A stretch of 63,850 nt of DNA, counting the filler, from Reclinomonas americana ATCC 50394 (taxonomy: Eukaryota), in NCBI GenBank assembly GCA_048213135.1. It is 9 parts of 4 records of this genome, joined end to end, with 100 filler letters (N's around TTAATTAATTAA, not from the genome) between each part and the next. Parts side by side here need not be neighbours in the genome. Positions count along the whole stretch, not along the records: positions 1 to 15,957 come from PS015724.1; 8 more parts are not named here. One strand, 5' to 3'. Positions 1-12,945 of the stretch are shown piece by piece. Each line of letters opens with the position of its first letter. The stretch's first letter is position 1. A program made the translations under genes and the position numbers. Below the pieces are notes generated by a model. The model saw only the letters and a list, made by a program, of their open reading frames with translations, was not told the origin of the DNA and searched no databases.

Positions 1-975
1 TCGTCGTCGTCGTCGTCGACGGCTGCTGCTGCTACCGGCGGAGGGCGCGGTGGCGCTGACGTGGACTACAGGCGCGAAGGGCCGGTGAGTAGGACTGTCA
101 GCGGGCTTGCGGTGCCATGCATTCCCGTCCCCTCACTTGTTTCTTTGCAGCGGTCGTCGTCATCCGTTCCCGGCCAGCCCGCCACCTGGTTGGTGGAAAA
201 GGATCCACAAATCGGCGGTGCAGGCACAGCGGTCGAGGAGGAGGCGTATGTGCAGTGGGTGGAGTCACAGCAGGCAGCAGGCACGCCACCGCTGACTGCC
301 GAGCAGCGGGAGTACTATCGGCAGTACTACCGCACCTTCCGCGAGCAGCAGCGACAGGCCACCATGGCAAGCACCGTGTCGCAAGGTTGCCTTGTGTTTG
401 TGCAGCACGTTTCCATGTCTCGTTCTCCTCTCTCACAGTTTCACTCTGTCAGACCCACAAATCTACACGGGTGACTCGGATCGGCGGCGTGCCGACTTTG
501 AGAAGCAGTACCGACAAATGTCGTACGAGGCGGAGAGTGCCGTGCGCGCCGAGATGCAATATGGTGCGGAGTGGTGGTTGCTCGTCACACCGTCGTGTCC
601 TTTGTGTGTTGACTGTCACCTGCACAGGATCGGAGCCCAAGAAACTGGCGTACACCAGCGAAGACATTTGGGGTAAGCGGCACTCGCCCGAGCGACCGTC
701 GCCCACTATTGTGGCCAAGCCGGCCGTCACCACCACTGTCGCTGCTCCTCCTGTGCGTGCCGCAGCACCCGCGCCACCCCCTCGACCGGCTCCTGCTGCT
801 GCCGCAGCTCCGGGAGGTGTGTTGTTCTCACCTGCAAAGGTCACTTCTTGTGCACTCACCGAGTCGTGCGCTTGTTGCAGAGAGCGGAGATCCACTGATG
901 TCTTTCCTCTCCGAAGTCGGCTCCATTCCTGTCTCCGAGAAGGCTCTGTCCATGTTTGCCAAGAAGAAGAAGTGA
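1..975 (+). CDS. 3' part of an uncharacterised low-complexity, multi-exon protein (starts before the window)
   Basis: Exon-like segments with GT..AG boundaries (…EEEAYVQWVESQQ…QYYRTFREQQ…/DPQIYTGDSDRRRADFEKQY…/ESGDPLMSFLSEVGSIPVSEKALSMFAKKKK*). No family recognised. Confidence 0.45.
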
Positions 976-1053
976 GAGTGGCACGTGCGTGTGACGCTGA
1001 AATGAAAAATGGGAAAGAATCTCTCGACATGAGACGACGGCGACCATTCTTCA

Positions 1054-1964
1054 TCATGCGACATGAATGCTCAACGATGCTCGATCGAGCTGCAACGATT
1101 GCAACGTGTCGGTGGTCGTGTCCGGCAAGACGCCCTTGATGTGCGCATGCACAATCAGATTTTTCCTGAACGCGAACGCAGGGTGAGCAACAGTGGGGGC
1201 ACGACGCAAGGCACAACATCCAGCTCCCTCTCTCTACCCCAACCCTCCACTTCGACAGCCATCTCTTATCTCTCCTTCTCTCTTGTGCATAATCGCCCTG
1301 CACCCTTGTCCTTCCATGTCTGCCTCAACCAACCTGCCACCAACGCTCGAGTTCTTGTCGGCAAAGTACGAGTAGATGGCACGAGTCGGCGTGTGTGGGT
1401 CGAGGCGCCACACGCTCCTCGACGCGTCCAGATCGCGAATTTGCACCGTGTAGGCCTCTGTTGCCGCAGAACATGAGTGGACAACGACGACGACGACGAC
1501 AAAAGTCATTCGACAAGCAGGGCACACCTCGTCCTGATGATGCGTTGACAACGTAGAAGTTGAGGTCCAGCTCCTCCTGCTCATCGCCCTCCTCGTCCTC
1601 ATCCTCCAGCACGATATCGACTTCGTCTTCTTCTTCCTCCTCCTCCTCCTCGTCGTCGTCGTCGAGTGTGACTACTTCGGGGGCCGGTGGTCTCTTGTTG
1701 CCGCTGGGTGGGAAGCGTGAGGCTGACGACTGCGAGGCGGTGGGCGACTGCATGTCCACATCCAACGCCACCACATCGTCGTCCTCATTCTCGTCGTCCA
1801 GCACCAACGGCGACGCCGACTGCGGGATGAATTGCACCTCGTCGTCTTCGTCCTCTTCCTCATTGTCGTCCACAGTGGTGATCACCGCCGCTCGTCCCCG
1901 TGTGGACGAAGGGACTGTGCACATACAAACCACAGTGAGAAGCTTGCGATACACACGGTGACTT

Positions 1965-2005
<41 letters not shown>

Positions 2006-3969
2006 NNNNNNNNNNNNNNNNNNNNNNNNNNNNNNNNNNNNNNNNNNNNNNNNNNNNNNNNNNNNNNNNNNNNNNNNNNNNNNNNNNNNNNNNNNNNNNN
2101 NNNNNNNNNNNNNNNNNNNNNNNNNNNNNNNNNNNCTCCGTCACGTGCTGCGCGCTCAGCGTACCCTCAAAGCGCAACAGGGCCCGTCCAGTGCGCGGAT
2201 CAACGACGGCCGCGAACGGCGCCGTGCGCACACCGTAGACGTGCAAGATCTCCGCCAAATCATCCACATCAATGTCGTACTGCACAAACACGAAATGTTC
2301 GCGCAATATGTGGTGCACGGGCGGACTGTTCCACACATCGCGGTTCATGCACTGCGCGGGAAAGCTCCGCCGGTCCGTGATTGTCAACAACAGCCAACGG
2401 TTGCGGTTCAGGGCCCGCGACTTGGCCTGCTCAAATTTGAAACACGTGAGACGTGTGTGTGGGTGGGTGGGACAAGCAACACAACGCCGGCGCGAACCTG
2501 CTGGAAAGAGCCCCGGAATAGCACATCGGCCGGTGGTGCAAAGATGGAGTTCAGGTCTCGACGATTGGCACCTGCTTCGAGGGAAAATGGTGAGGATTCT
2601 CTCCCTGTTCCCTCCCTTTTGCACAAACACACACTTACCGTCCGACGACGCTGCCACTGCCGCCATTTCCTCGTCACGTCCACGCTTGCCGTTCCACTTG
2701 GCATTGCCTGCATCGTCTTGTCTTGTCAACACTTGCTCTGTCTCTCTCTCTCTCTTCTTCCCTTCCTCCCTCACGCAACGGACATGGGTGGCTGGTGGCG
2801 GTGAGACGCCGGGCCGCACGAGTGGATGATGCGCCATGCCACCAAAGTGATACGGTCCCACGTGAGGTGGCAAGGGATCGACAAGTCGCGATACGCGCTG
2901 CGGAGGCACCGATGGTGGTGGCGGTGGTGGAATCATGTCGTCCGAGTCGCGAGAGTCACTGCTGCCTCTGTGTGTGTATGTGTGTGTATGTATGCGTGTG
3001 AGAGACAGAGAGAGAAGGGGGAGGGAAGGAGGGAAGGAAGGACGCGGATCGCAACTGTGCGAGAGCGAGATCAATGGCGCGATTCACGTCACCGTTGCAA
3101 GCCTGTGGGATGAGACGGGGAGTGGGAGGGTGTAAGAAGACAGAGTCTCTCTCTCTCTCTCTCTCTCTGTAGTTGCTGTGTGACGTACACACAATCACAG
3201 TGGCGCGAACTGAATGAGAGATGCGATCGGCAATCATCCGCACCTCTGTCTCACACATTCTCTCTCTTGCTCTCTCTTGCTCTCTCTCTCTCTCTCTNNN
3301 NNNNNNNNNNNNNNNNNNNNNNNNNNNNNNNNNNNNNNNNNNNNNNNNNNNNNNNNNNNNNNNNNNNNNNNNNNNNNNNNNNNNNNNNNNNNNNNNNNNN
3401 NNNNNNNNNNNNNNNNNNNNNNNNNNNNNNNNNNNNNNNNNNNNNNNNNNNNNNNNNNNNNNNNNNNNNNNNNNNNNNNNNNNNNNNNNNNNNNNNNNNN
3501 NNNNNNNNNNNNNNNNNNNNNNNNNNNNNNNNNNNNNNNNNNNNNNNNNNNNNNNNNNNNNNNNNNNNNNNNNNNNNNNNNNNNNNNNNNNNNNNNNNNN
3601 NNNNNNNNNNNNNNNNNNNNNNNNNNNNNNNNNNNNNNNNNNNNNNNNNNNNNNNNNNNNNNNNNNNNNNNNNNNNNNNNNNNNNNNNNNNNNNNNNNNN
3701 NNNNNNNNNNNNNNNNNNNNNNNNNNNNNNNNNNNNNNNNNNNNNNNNNNNNNNNNNNNNNNNNNNNNNNNNNNNNNNNNNNNNNNNNNNNNNNNNNNNN
3801 NNNNNNNNNNNNNNNNNNNNNNNNNNNNNNNNNNNNNNNNNNNNNNNNNNNNNNNNNNNNNNNNNNNNNNNNNNNNNNNNNNNNNNNNNNNNNNNNNNNN
3901 NNNNNNNNNNNNNNNNNNNNNNNNNNNNNNNNNNNNNNNNNNNNNNNNNNNNNNNACCTCTCTCTCACA

Positions 3970-4051
<82 letters not shown>

Positions 4052-4207
4052 TTGAGACTGAGACAGCACATGTGGATTCCCTCCTTCTCTCCTCTCTTCT
4101 ATTCCCTCACTCGACGCACTCACCAACAACAACTGGCGTGCTCTTTGCTCGTCGATGCTTGCCACAGAGGCCACCAGTTGTGAGCTTTCCTCAGACACAC
4201 TCATCAT
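1054..4207 (-). CDS. UBA-like/UAS/UBX domain p97 (Cdc48) adaptor, UBXN7/Ubx5-like (spliced, spans gaps)
   Basis: Exon 1 MSVSEESSQLVASVASIDEQRARQLLL joins ACNGDVNRAIDLAL (UBA-like). UAS thioredoxin-like motif NRWLLLTITDRRSFPAQCMNRDVW…FVFVQY…PFAAVVDPRTG. Acidic linker, then a C-terminal UBX-like segment VQIRDLDASR…TLQSLQLDRASLSIHVA*. Confidence 0.75.
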
Positions 4208-4564
4208 CACACACACAAAAACAACACTCTGGCTCTCTCCGAACAATGCTCAAGGCAAGTCTGAGTGCGACACACAAGCACAAGCACAAACGCAAGCACG
4301 AAAGCGCACAGGCAAGAGCTCTGTCTCTCCACTCTCTCGTGTGAAACACAATGAATGAATGAATTGGTGCCAAGTCGATGTCGACCTCGACCTTACACTT
4401 CTTTGCGTGTTGGTGGCATTGTTGTGCGGATTACCTACCACAACCCCTTATTGTCAGCACCTGCGCCCCGATTCACGGCACCTGTCCTCACAAGTGTCGC
4501 CAGTCGATATCGACAAGTCGACTTCAGAATCAATCTAGAAACTCCTTCATTCTCTCACTCACTC

Positions 4565-4686
4565 TTCCTCCCCCTTGCGAAACTTCTTTGTATATACACA
4601 GAGACAGAAAAAAACACAAACGACACCTCCCCCTTGCGAAACTTCTTTGTATATACACAGAGACAGAAAAAAACACAAACGACAAA
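4565..4686. repeat. Two-copy tandem duplication of about 59 bp
   Basis: cctcccc(c)ttgcgaaacttctttgtatatacacagagacagaaaaaaacacaaacgaca occurs twice head-to-tail. Confidence 0.85.
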
Positions 4687-4788
4687 CACGAGCGAGATGA
4701 ACGAGCGCGTACGGGAGCCGACAAAGTGATGCCGCCTTCCTTGTCTCGTCCAGTCTCTACAGCGTGTCGCCCAGCGAACACGTGGTAG

Positions 4789-5536
4789 TCACGGTGCGTG
4801 CGCACGATGCTGGCTGCCGCTGCCACTGCTGCGGCGGGCCAACTCGGTTGCGATGTGGATTCGTCCCTGAGACTGCAGGCAGGCTTCAACTGTGAGCTCC
4901 GAGTCTGCTGGCAGCGCGACGCGCACGTGCACACGAACCAAACCAAAGAAGGCAAACTCAGACTCCAATCTGCGCAAGTCGTCGGTCGACAGGTCGGCCA
5001 CGTACAACTCGCCAGTTCGCGCATAGTCAAGCACGTATTCAAACAGCCGACCATTGCGATCAAAGAAACGACGACCTGCGGGGGAGAGAGTTGGTCAGTG
5101 ACTTTTTCTTCCTCTCTCCTGCTCTCTTCTTCTCGTCTCAACCTTTTCGATCGTAGATGGGCGCCGCTTTTTCATCGCTTTTCAGCGATGATTCAAGTCG
5201 GTGCCACGTTGCGATGGTGGTGGCGTAATAACAGCCACCCACGCTCAACTCGACCACCTCGGGGCGGCTGCCGGCGGCAGCCACCAGAGGTGGTACTGTC
5301 CTGCTCTCCTGGTGTTGCTGGTGTTGCTGTGCGGGTGGAGATGGTCATGCCGGGGGGCGGAAGCACGAAAAAAACCCCCGCACACACACAATAGCACGCA
5401 CCAACACAGGATAACCGTCATCGGCATAGCCAATGGCGGCGAGCGGCGCCTTGCCGTTCACCGATGGTGCCGTGAACATGGGCACAGCGAGTCCCATGGG
5501 TGGTGCGTCGACCTGCGCAGCGTGGGAGATATTCAA
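4789..5536 (-). CDS. KCTD-type BTB/POZ domain protein
   Basis: Spliced translation EVVELSVGGCYYATTIATW…KGRRFFDRNGRLFEYVLDYARTGELYV…LESEFAFFGL matches the potassium-channel-tetramerisation-type BTB pattern. Confidence 0.85.
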
Positions 5537-5825
5537 CGAGAGTGAGTGAGAGAGGGTGAGAGAAGGAGAACAATTCTGGCAGGACGACAGTGTAATTCAA
5601 CGAAACACACACGCGCACACAAAACACCCAACTGGCGACTCAACGTTGGCGCTCGCGCCCGCGCTCACACACACAGACACAACGACAGAACGAACCAAAA
5701 GAAATTCTGTCGCTCGCGACAAGCATTCCGACACGAAACACGACACTCTCTGCCCCAGTAATCGACAATACCCGACACCATTCCCGCCCCCTCTCTGTTT
5801 CTTCCCATCCTCCCTCAGCCCACTC

Positions 5826-6794
5826 ACCACCAATGGGACTGCGCCTGTTGCCAATGCTGGCAGCGGCACCGGTGGAGGCGGCAGTGGCTGTGGACGCAGT
5901 GGAGCGCGGCCGTCGACAGAGCCGGCGGCCGCGGCAGATCCACTTGCGAGAGCTTGCCATCGAACCTCGTCGCCGTCGCTGCCACCGTGATCATCACGGT
6001 GTGCCGAGCCGACGGTCGACCAGGTGCTGATGCGTTCAATCGCCTTTTCAGCCGCCATCCGCTCGGCGTCTTTGCGTGTGCTGGCGGTGGCCGTCTCCTC
6101 AAAGCGCACGTTGGGAGAGGTCACCGTTAGCACAATCGAAAACGTCGGCGAGTGCGATGGTCCCGAAGACTCGCACTTGTAGGCAGCCAGGCCTTGCAGG
6201 CCAACCAACAACCTGTGCAAACAGCAATGAGAAGCCGCACGTTGCGCTCGCTGCACTCACACAGGCGCACCGTTGCAATTCTTGCTTGGCGTTGTTGAAG
6301 GCGGGAACGGCGGACGATGCCGCCGCGCTGGCCTTGGGCGTTGGACTAGCCGACTAGCACACAGAACGAGTCACAAAATCGCCACACGAGAGACACACAC
6401 ACGCAACGCAGGCAGGTCATCGGCTCACCAATCGCGCACGAAAGTCGGCCACTGAGGAACACCGCAAAAGGCCTTCACAGTCGAGTACATCGAGAGTGAA
6501 GGCCGCACAGCGTTCCTTCGCATCGCGTTTGGTGCCGCCAATGCCCACCATGCGACTCGTTCGTCGCGAGGGCAGTGTAAAAGGCAGCTCCATCTGTGGT
6601 GTGTTTCCAAACAAGTGAGGAACAAAAAAGTCGATGATCCGGCCACGATTTCCGGCATGCGCAACAATCGCCTGGAATCCCTGCTTGTCAGCCACACACT
6701 CGTAGACGGGTGTGCCAAGGTGCAAGCTCTGATGCCAGGCATATAGTCGTTCTTTGGCACTCACTGCTGCTGGTGGTGGTGGTGATGAGGCCAT
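5826..6794 (-). CDS. Double-stranded RNA-binding motif protein (two dsRBDs); 3' end uncertain
   Basis: SAKERLYAWHQSLHLGTPVYE…GIGGTKRDAKERCAAFTL and FNNAKQELQ…AYKCESSGPSHSPTFSIVL…ASTRKDAERMAAEKAIERI both fit the dsRBD consensus (GPxH loop, KxxAExxAA helix). Confidence 0.75.
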
Positions 6795-7318
6795 GCTCAA
6801 ATGGAACACACACGCAGACACTCAGGCAGTCAAACAGAGAGTGGGAGAGAGAGCGTGTGGGGGGTGGAGATGTGAGAGAGAGGATGCCTCGCACCAACCC
6901 ACCGCCTCTGTGTCTTTAGCCGCGCACGCGAAGACAACAAAGTGAGGGTTGGTGCGCGGCGGGGGGAAGGGGGGCGACGAGGAGGTTCCTCGCGCAAGAG
7001 GTATGTACACAGAGACAAAAATTGGTCGACTGAATGGGGGGAGTTGCGGATCAGCTTCGGAAACCAAAGTCCATCCAGAGAAAGCTTACAGTAGGTGTCT
7101 TCAGATCCGCTGAGTGCTTTTGCGCTACAAGCTTTGCAATTGGGTAAAGTCAACGTCGACGTCGACAGTTTTTCGTAAGAAAATGAAATTAAAACCACAA
7201 AGCGCAAGTCTGGCATTCACCGGTGGAAAGCTCTTCTACACCTGTGAGCAGCTGCGTACGCCAGTGTACGTATGTTACCGTTTGTGGCGGTGGGACAAGC
7301 TTGGAGATCGATTTTGAA

Positions 7319-9542
7319 ATGTCTTTGTGGGAGGGAGAGCGAGAGGTGACCAAGATCCGTCGGGAGACGGATATTAGGCGAAGGATTATGCAAGAGTTGC
7401 GTGCGTCTGTGTGTGTGGAGAGAGAGAGAGTCGTGAGCATGACGTGTGTTGGGTTTTTTTGTAGGTTCAACTTGCAGGAGGAGGATTTTGAGTCGCTGAA
7501 GGAGTATAACGACTACTTGGAGCATGTGGAGGGCATTAGTGCGTGAAGGGGGAAGGGGAGGGAAGGGGAGGGAAGGGGGGGAGAGAGAGGAGGGAGAGAG
7601 AGCGGTGCATTCCACTTGTCTTTCCGTCACTCACCCACGCACAGCTGTTCACACTTGAGAGAGAGAGAGAGACGTGCATGCATTCCACACTTGTCTCTCC
7701 TTCACTCACCCGTGCACGGCTGTCACGCTCGACAGAGAAAGAGAGCTGCATGCACTTGTCCCCCACTCGCTCACCCACGCACAGCAGTTCACACTTGAGA
7801 GAGAGCTGCATTGCATTGCTCACCGGTCCCCGACTCGTGCATGTCTTGCTTCATGCTTGCTTCTCCTATCTTGCCCACCTCGCTCTCTTTTTCCATCTCG
7901 TCGCAGTCTGGAACCTGGTGAATGGCNNNNNNNNNNNNNNNNNNNNNNNNNNNNNNNNNNNNNNNNNNNNNNNNNNNNNNNNNNNNNNNNNNNNNNNNNN
8001 NNNNNNNNNNNNNNNNNNNNNNNNNNNNNNNNNNNNNNNNNNNNNNNNNNNNNNNNNNNNNNNNNNNNNNNNNNNNNNNNNNNNNNNNNNNNNNNNNNNN
8101 NNNNNNNNNNNNNNNNNNNNNNNNNNNNNNNNNNNNNNNNNNNNNNNNNNNNNNNNNNNNNNNNNNNNNNNNNNNNNNNNNNNNNNNNNNNNNNNNNNNN
8201 NNNNNNNNNNNNNNNNNNNNNNNNNNNNNNNNNNNNNNNNNNNNNNNNNNNNNNNNNNNNNNNNNNNNNNNNNNNNNNNNNNNNNNNNNNNNNNNNNNNN
8301 NNNNNNNNNNNNNNNNNNNNNNNNNNNNNNNNNNNNNNNNNNNNNNNNNNNNNNNNNNNNNNNNNNNNNNNNNNNNNNNNNNNNNNNNNNNNNNNNNNNN
8401 NNNNNNNNNNNNNNNNNNNNNNNNNNNNNNNNNNNNNNNNNNNNNNNNNNNNNNNNNNNNNNNNNNNNNNNNNNNNNNNNNNNNNNNNNNNNNNNNNNNN
8501 NNNNNNNNNNNNNNNNNNNNNNNNNNNNNNNNNNNNNNNNNNNNNNNNNNNNNNNNNNNNNNNNNNNNNNNNNNNNNNNNNNNNNNNNNNNNNNNNNNNN
8601 NNNNNNNNNNNNNNNNGTGGACGTGGAGCAGACGAACCAGATCATTCGAGAGAACCAGCGGCAGAACCGCCTGCGCATCGCCGAGCAAATGTCAAAGCAG
8701 GTGTGGACGGCTCTGCTTTCTGCTTTCCCTGCTGTTTTTACTTATTCTCTGGGGTGATCGTCGCAGTTCTCGTCGCAAGTGAATTCGCGAGCGGCCAAGG
8801 CTGGTGCGGCAGCGGCAGGTGCCGGTTCGTCGTCCTCTGCAGCCGCAGCAGCAGCGGCGGNNNNNNNNNNNNNNNNNNNNNNNNNNNNNNNNNNNNNNNN
8901 NNNNNNNNNNNNNNNNNNNNNNNNNNNNNNNNNNNNNNNNNNNNNNNNNNNNNNNNNNNNNNNNNNNNNNNNNNNNNNNNNNNNNNNNNNNNNNNNNNNN
9001 NNNNNNNNNNNNNNNNNNNNNNNNNNNNNNNNNNNNNNNNNNNNNNNNNNNNNNNNNNNNNNNNNNNNNNNNNNNNNNNNNNNNNNNNNNNNNNNNNNNN
9101 NNNNNNNNNNCGGCCGCAGCTGCGGCAATGGCGGGTGGGGAGATGGGGACTGCCGATGGGTCGTCGGCGGCGGCGCCGCAGGCTGTGTATGCGCCCAGCG
9201 GCAGTCGTCTCGGCGCCGTGTTTGCCTCGAGTGTGCGCATGCCGCAGCCGGTGGCGGGCGGTGGTAGTGGTACACGGTATGTGCGCACAGGAAGAGAGTG
9301 CAGTTGCTGTGTGTCGCTCACTCGCCCTCCTGGCAGAGACGCCGCGTGGAAAGATGTGCCGGCAGAGTTGCGACGTGTTTGTCTGTGCAGAAAATGCCTC
9401 CTCGCTGCTGTGGTCACTCATATGCACTCCACCCCGCAGCAAACTGGAACGGTTGAAGAAGCGCGCTGGTGGGTACAAGCCGTCGTTTGTGCAGGAGAGA
9501 GCGTTGCAGGAGTTCGATACGGCCTTGTCATCGCTGCGGTAA
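7319..9542 (+). CDS. MNAT1: CDK-activating kinase assembly factor MAT1 (apparently without the N-terminal RING)
   Basis: KIRRETDIRRRIMQE/FNLQEEDFESLKEYNDYLEHVEGI/IWNLVNGVDVEQTNQII and C-terminal AGGYKPSFVQERALQEFDTAL are hallmark MAT1 motifs. Confidence 0.85.
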
Positions 9543-9643
9543 ATGGAGAGCATCACCTCTTCCGCTTCTTCACGCTGTCATCTGGCCTCCCCGGACTTTC
9601 GAGAAAGCTAACTTGCTTCACTGCTCCTGCTTTCGCGCACGCA

Positions 9644-12563
9644 TCATGTGGGCGCCAGCAGCAAATGATCGCGACGAATCAGCGGTCGCCGACAGGACTG
9701 CACGTGTGCCTTGACCGTCGGCATGTTCTTCAGCGTCTGCCCGCATCGCGGACACTTCATGTCCTTGTGCTCCTTATCTCGCTCCATGCGCTGAGCATCC
9801 ACCTGGTGACGGATAGTGTTAACGGTGGATGCCTGCCTGCCTGCCTTGCCACACGCTCCACGCACCTCTACCCGACCGTATCCGTTCAACTGCTCAATGA
9901 CCTGCGGCACCGACATGAAAAACTCGGTGGTGAAGCTGTTCCAGTGCACCTTCTTCTTCAGCGCCGGCGAGTCAAAGTCCTGACTCAACACGTGCAAGTG
10001 AAGCAGGCGCAGACTCGGCACGGCGTGGAAGCCCGCCGCCATCTCACCCAGATCCGGCATCTGTGCACGAAGCGAGCGTGCAATCCTGCATTGCAGACCG
10101 CTCAGCACTTTACGGTTTACACACATACACGCACGCAGAGTAAGGCGGTGACCACGTACCCGTTGGCCAGCGCAAACATGTCATTGAGCAGCGGAATGTG
10201 CTGCGGTCTCAAATCCGCAATGCCGTCCACACGATCCTTGCGCGGCACAATCAACAGATGCACACGAGCCTTGGCGTAGCCGTCGTACATTACGCAGAGG
10301 CTGGTGTTCATAAAGTAGAATTCCTTGGTGTGCAGAGCCGGCCGGTCGACCTGCAAGCGCCGTGAGAGAAGACGCAAGTGGGGCGATCGGTTCGGTGCGC
10401 ACGACCCACCTTCTCCAGCAACACGTTGCGAAAGTCGTGTGATCGACTCGGCGGTCCCGGAGGCGGCAGGTAGCGAGGGAAGTTGGTATCGGCAGCCACT
10501 GTCGTCCACATGCCACGGTGCGATGAGTGAAGACTCACAACTCTCAACAATTGCTCTCCTCTTTCTCTCTCTCACCCGTGGCCACTGTTGCCATCGTGGA
10601 AGCGACACCGGTACGCGAGCTCTCATTCGGTGGCACACTGCGTGGAGAGGAAGTGAGCAAGACATTGCAGCTCGCTGCGCACGACGAGCCACTTCTTTAT
10701 ACCTCTTTTGCATCATCAGAACCAGAGCGTCGCACAGTTTTGACAACAGTTGCTCCATGGCAACCGCCGCCTGTGCTCAGAGCGGGTCAGTCGTAGTGAT
10801 CCTCACCACTACGCCACCTTCCTCGAATCGCACCTCATCTTCGCTGGTGGACACATCCGGCACCGCAGGATTGAGATGCGGCGGACGCACATGCACAATC
10901 GTGGAGATACGATGCTGCTCCCACAGTGGCGACAAGCGAGAGAGTGGGACAGGCTGCGCGAGTGAGACACGCGTCAGGCGCGACAAGCGAACGAACAAGA
11001 GAGCAATCGAGCAGACGCACGCAAATGTCTCCAGGCATCGCCACCTGATATCTATATAGCGCGAACGGAGGATGAGGGACGCAGACGGATACCAAACTCT
11101 CCCTGTGTTGCGCGCTACCTTGACTTGGTGTCGTTGGCAAAGTACGGGCCGGCAGCGCGGAACAGCGCAGCATTCAGACCACCGCCCTTGTCGTTCACAC
11201 GCCGATTGCAGGCATTCACAATGATCACCGTGTCGTTGGCACTGCGGCTGGAGGGTCAGTGCGATGCAAGACTCACTTGGTGTACGCAGATGGCACTCAC
11301 CGCACACGCTGCATCACCGCATCACTTGTCATGTCGTCGCTCTTGACGCAAATCAGAGACGACTCGAGGGCCGACGGCCCATCCGATCCCGACGGTTGAT
11401 CCGCCACCACATCCTCCCATGCCTGCTCTCGCATGCACGACAACGATGATGACTCCAGTTTTGAGCGCAAGTGTGTATGAATAATGTTGACTCACCCGCT
11501 GCAACTCGACCGTGACCTCGCCATCCTCTGACGGGTCCACAAAAATCACTCGCGGCAACGCACGCTGAGCCGCGACACTGTCCTCGTCGCCATCGCCGAC
11601 ATCGCTCGCCACAAAGAACGGATCGAGAAAGAAGCGTTCGAGATTGCGTGCCAGCGATTCGGCAAACACCGCCGCCGGAAAGCTGTGAGTTCCGCCAGCA
11701 AACGACGGGAAAACCACCGTGAAGTTGGGTGCCGCTGTTGCCGGAGCAGCAGCAGCAGCAGCAGCACTGCCACCGTTACTGGTCGGCGTCGTCAACGAGA
11801 GCGACAGTGAGCCAGTGGAGAGTGTGAGCGATTCCGTGTCCAGCGACGGCACCGTGGCACGCGAACGCTTCAGCTGCGGCTCCCCATCCGTATCATGCAA
11901 TGCCTCCATGCTGCTGGACCCCGTCGTGTCCACCGACGACACCGACGACGAGCTGCTGTCGGCCGCAGATGACGAAAGCAGTGGTGGCTGCGGTGACGGC
12001 TGCGGTGATGGTTCTGCAGTCGCCGCGGTCGAGTGCACCACGTACTCCCACTGATCCTTGAGCAGAAACAAGTGATCGCCAAAGCCCAGCGGCACCGGTC
12101 GCTCCTTCGGAAGCGCCTCGAGTGCACCCTGTCATCCGTGCATTGAGTCCCACCCTCACACACATACTCTTGCATGCATGTTGCACTCACCGACTGTGCG
12201 CGCAGCACAAAGGCCGGCTTCCCGCCCACCAGGCACACCTCGGGCAGCTGCAACTGACTGGCCTGCGACATGCGCACGAGAACCTGCTGACGCGGCACCG
12301 ATGCCGAAGTGATGCGCGTCTGTCGATTGCGACCCAGATACACCGAGGAGCCACTGGCGGGCACAAAAACCTGAAAAGGAAGACGCGCACACAGAGAGAG
12401 GAGAGAGAGTGTGTGTGTGTGCGCGCGCGCATCGGAGAGGAATGCAGAGCGTTATACATACCCGCGGGAATGAGTCATCCACGGGCACCAGCATGACTGT
12501 GCTTTGTGGAGCAGGTGGTGAGTCGGCTCCTCCGGCACCACTGCCACTTGCAGTGGCTGACAT
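9644..12563 (-). CDS. APTX: Aprataxin-like DNA 5'-deadenylase with FHA, Macro, HIT and zinc-finger domains
   Basis: FHA-like VYLGRNRQTRITSASVPRQQV; Macro IIVNACN…GGGLNAALFRAAGP; HIT YDGYAKARVHLLIVPR…GFHAVPSLRLLHLHVLSQDFDSPALKKKVHWNSFTTEFF; zinc finger CPRC…KAHVQSC. Confidence 0.88.
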
Positions 12564-12945
12564 TTGTGACAGAGTGTGTGTGTGTGTGCGTTGCTTGGCG
12601 GGGTGCTCGCGCGACGTCAGCTATGCAAGGAAAACGCAGGTCGACTTGCGTGAGCTGAGTATACGGGGGTATACAAGACTGTTAGCCGTACCGGGAGCCA
12701 AACGACAGCTGCCACTTGTGGTTTACAGAATTGCAGTGCTCCGGTCCTGGATCCGGATTTGCACGAGCTCGAGCACGTCTTCTTGCGCATGTCACCCTCC
12801 ACTTATGCCCCGTAACTGCTTCATGTACATATGTTTTTATGTATACGCAACACACGGAATCATGAGAAGAAAAGTGACAAGGTTTGATCGACGTTGCGTC
12901 AGCCGTTGTCGCGACGTTGGAAATTGATATTGCGCGAGAGAAGAG

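Noticed and set aside
6960..7160. Minus-strand hairpin (gcggatc/gatccgc) followed by an Sm-like AATTTTTG
   Set aside because: No U1, U2, U4 or U5 signature motif matched; insufficient to call an snRNA without a covariance search.
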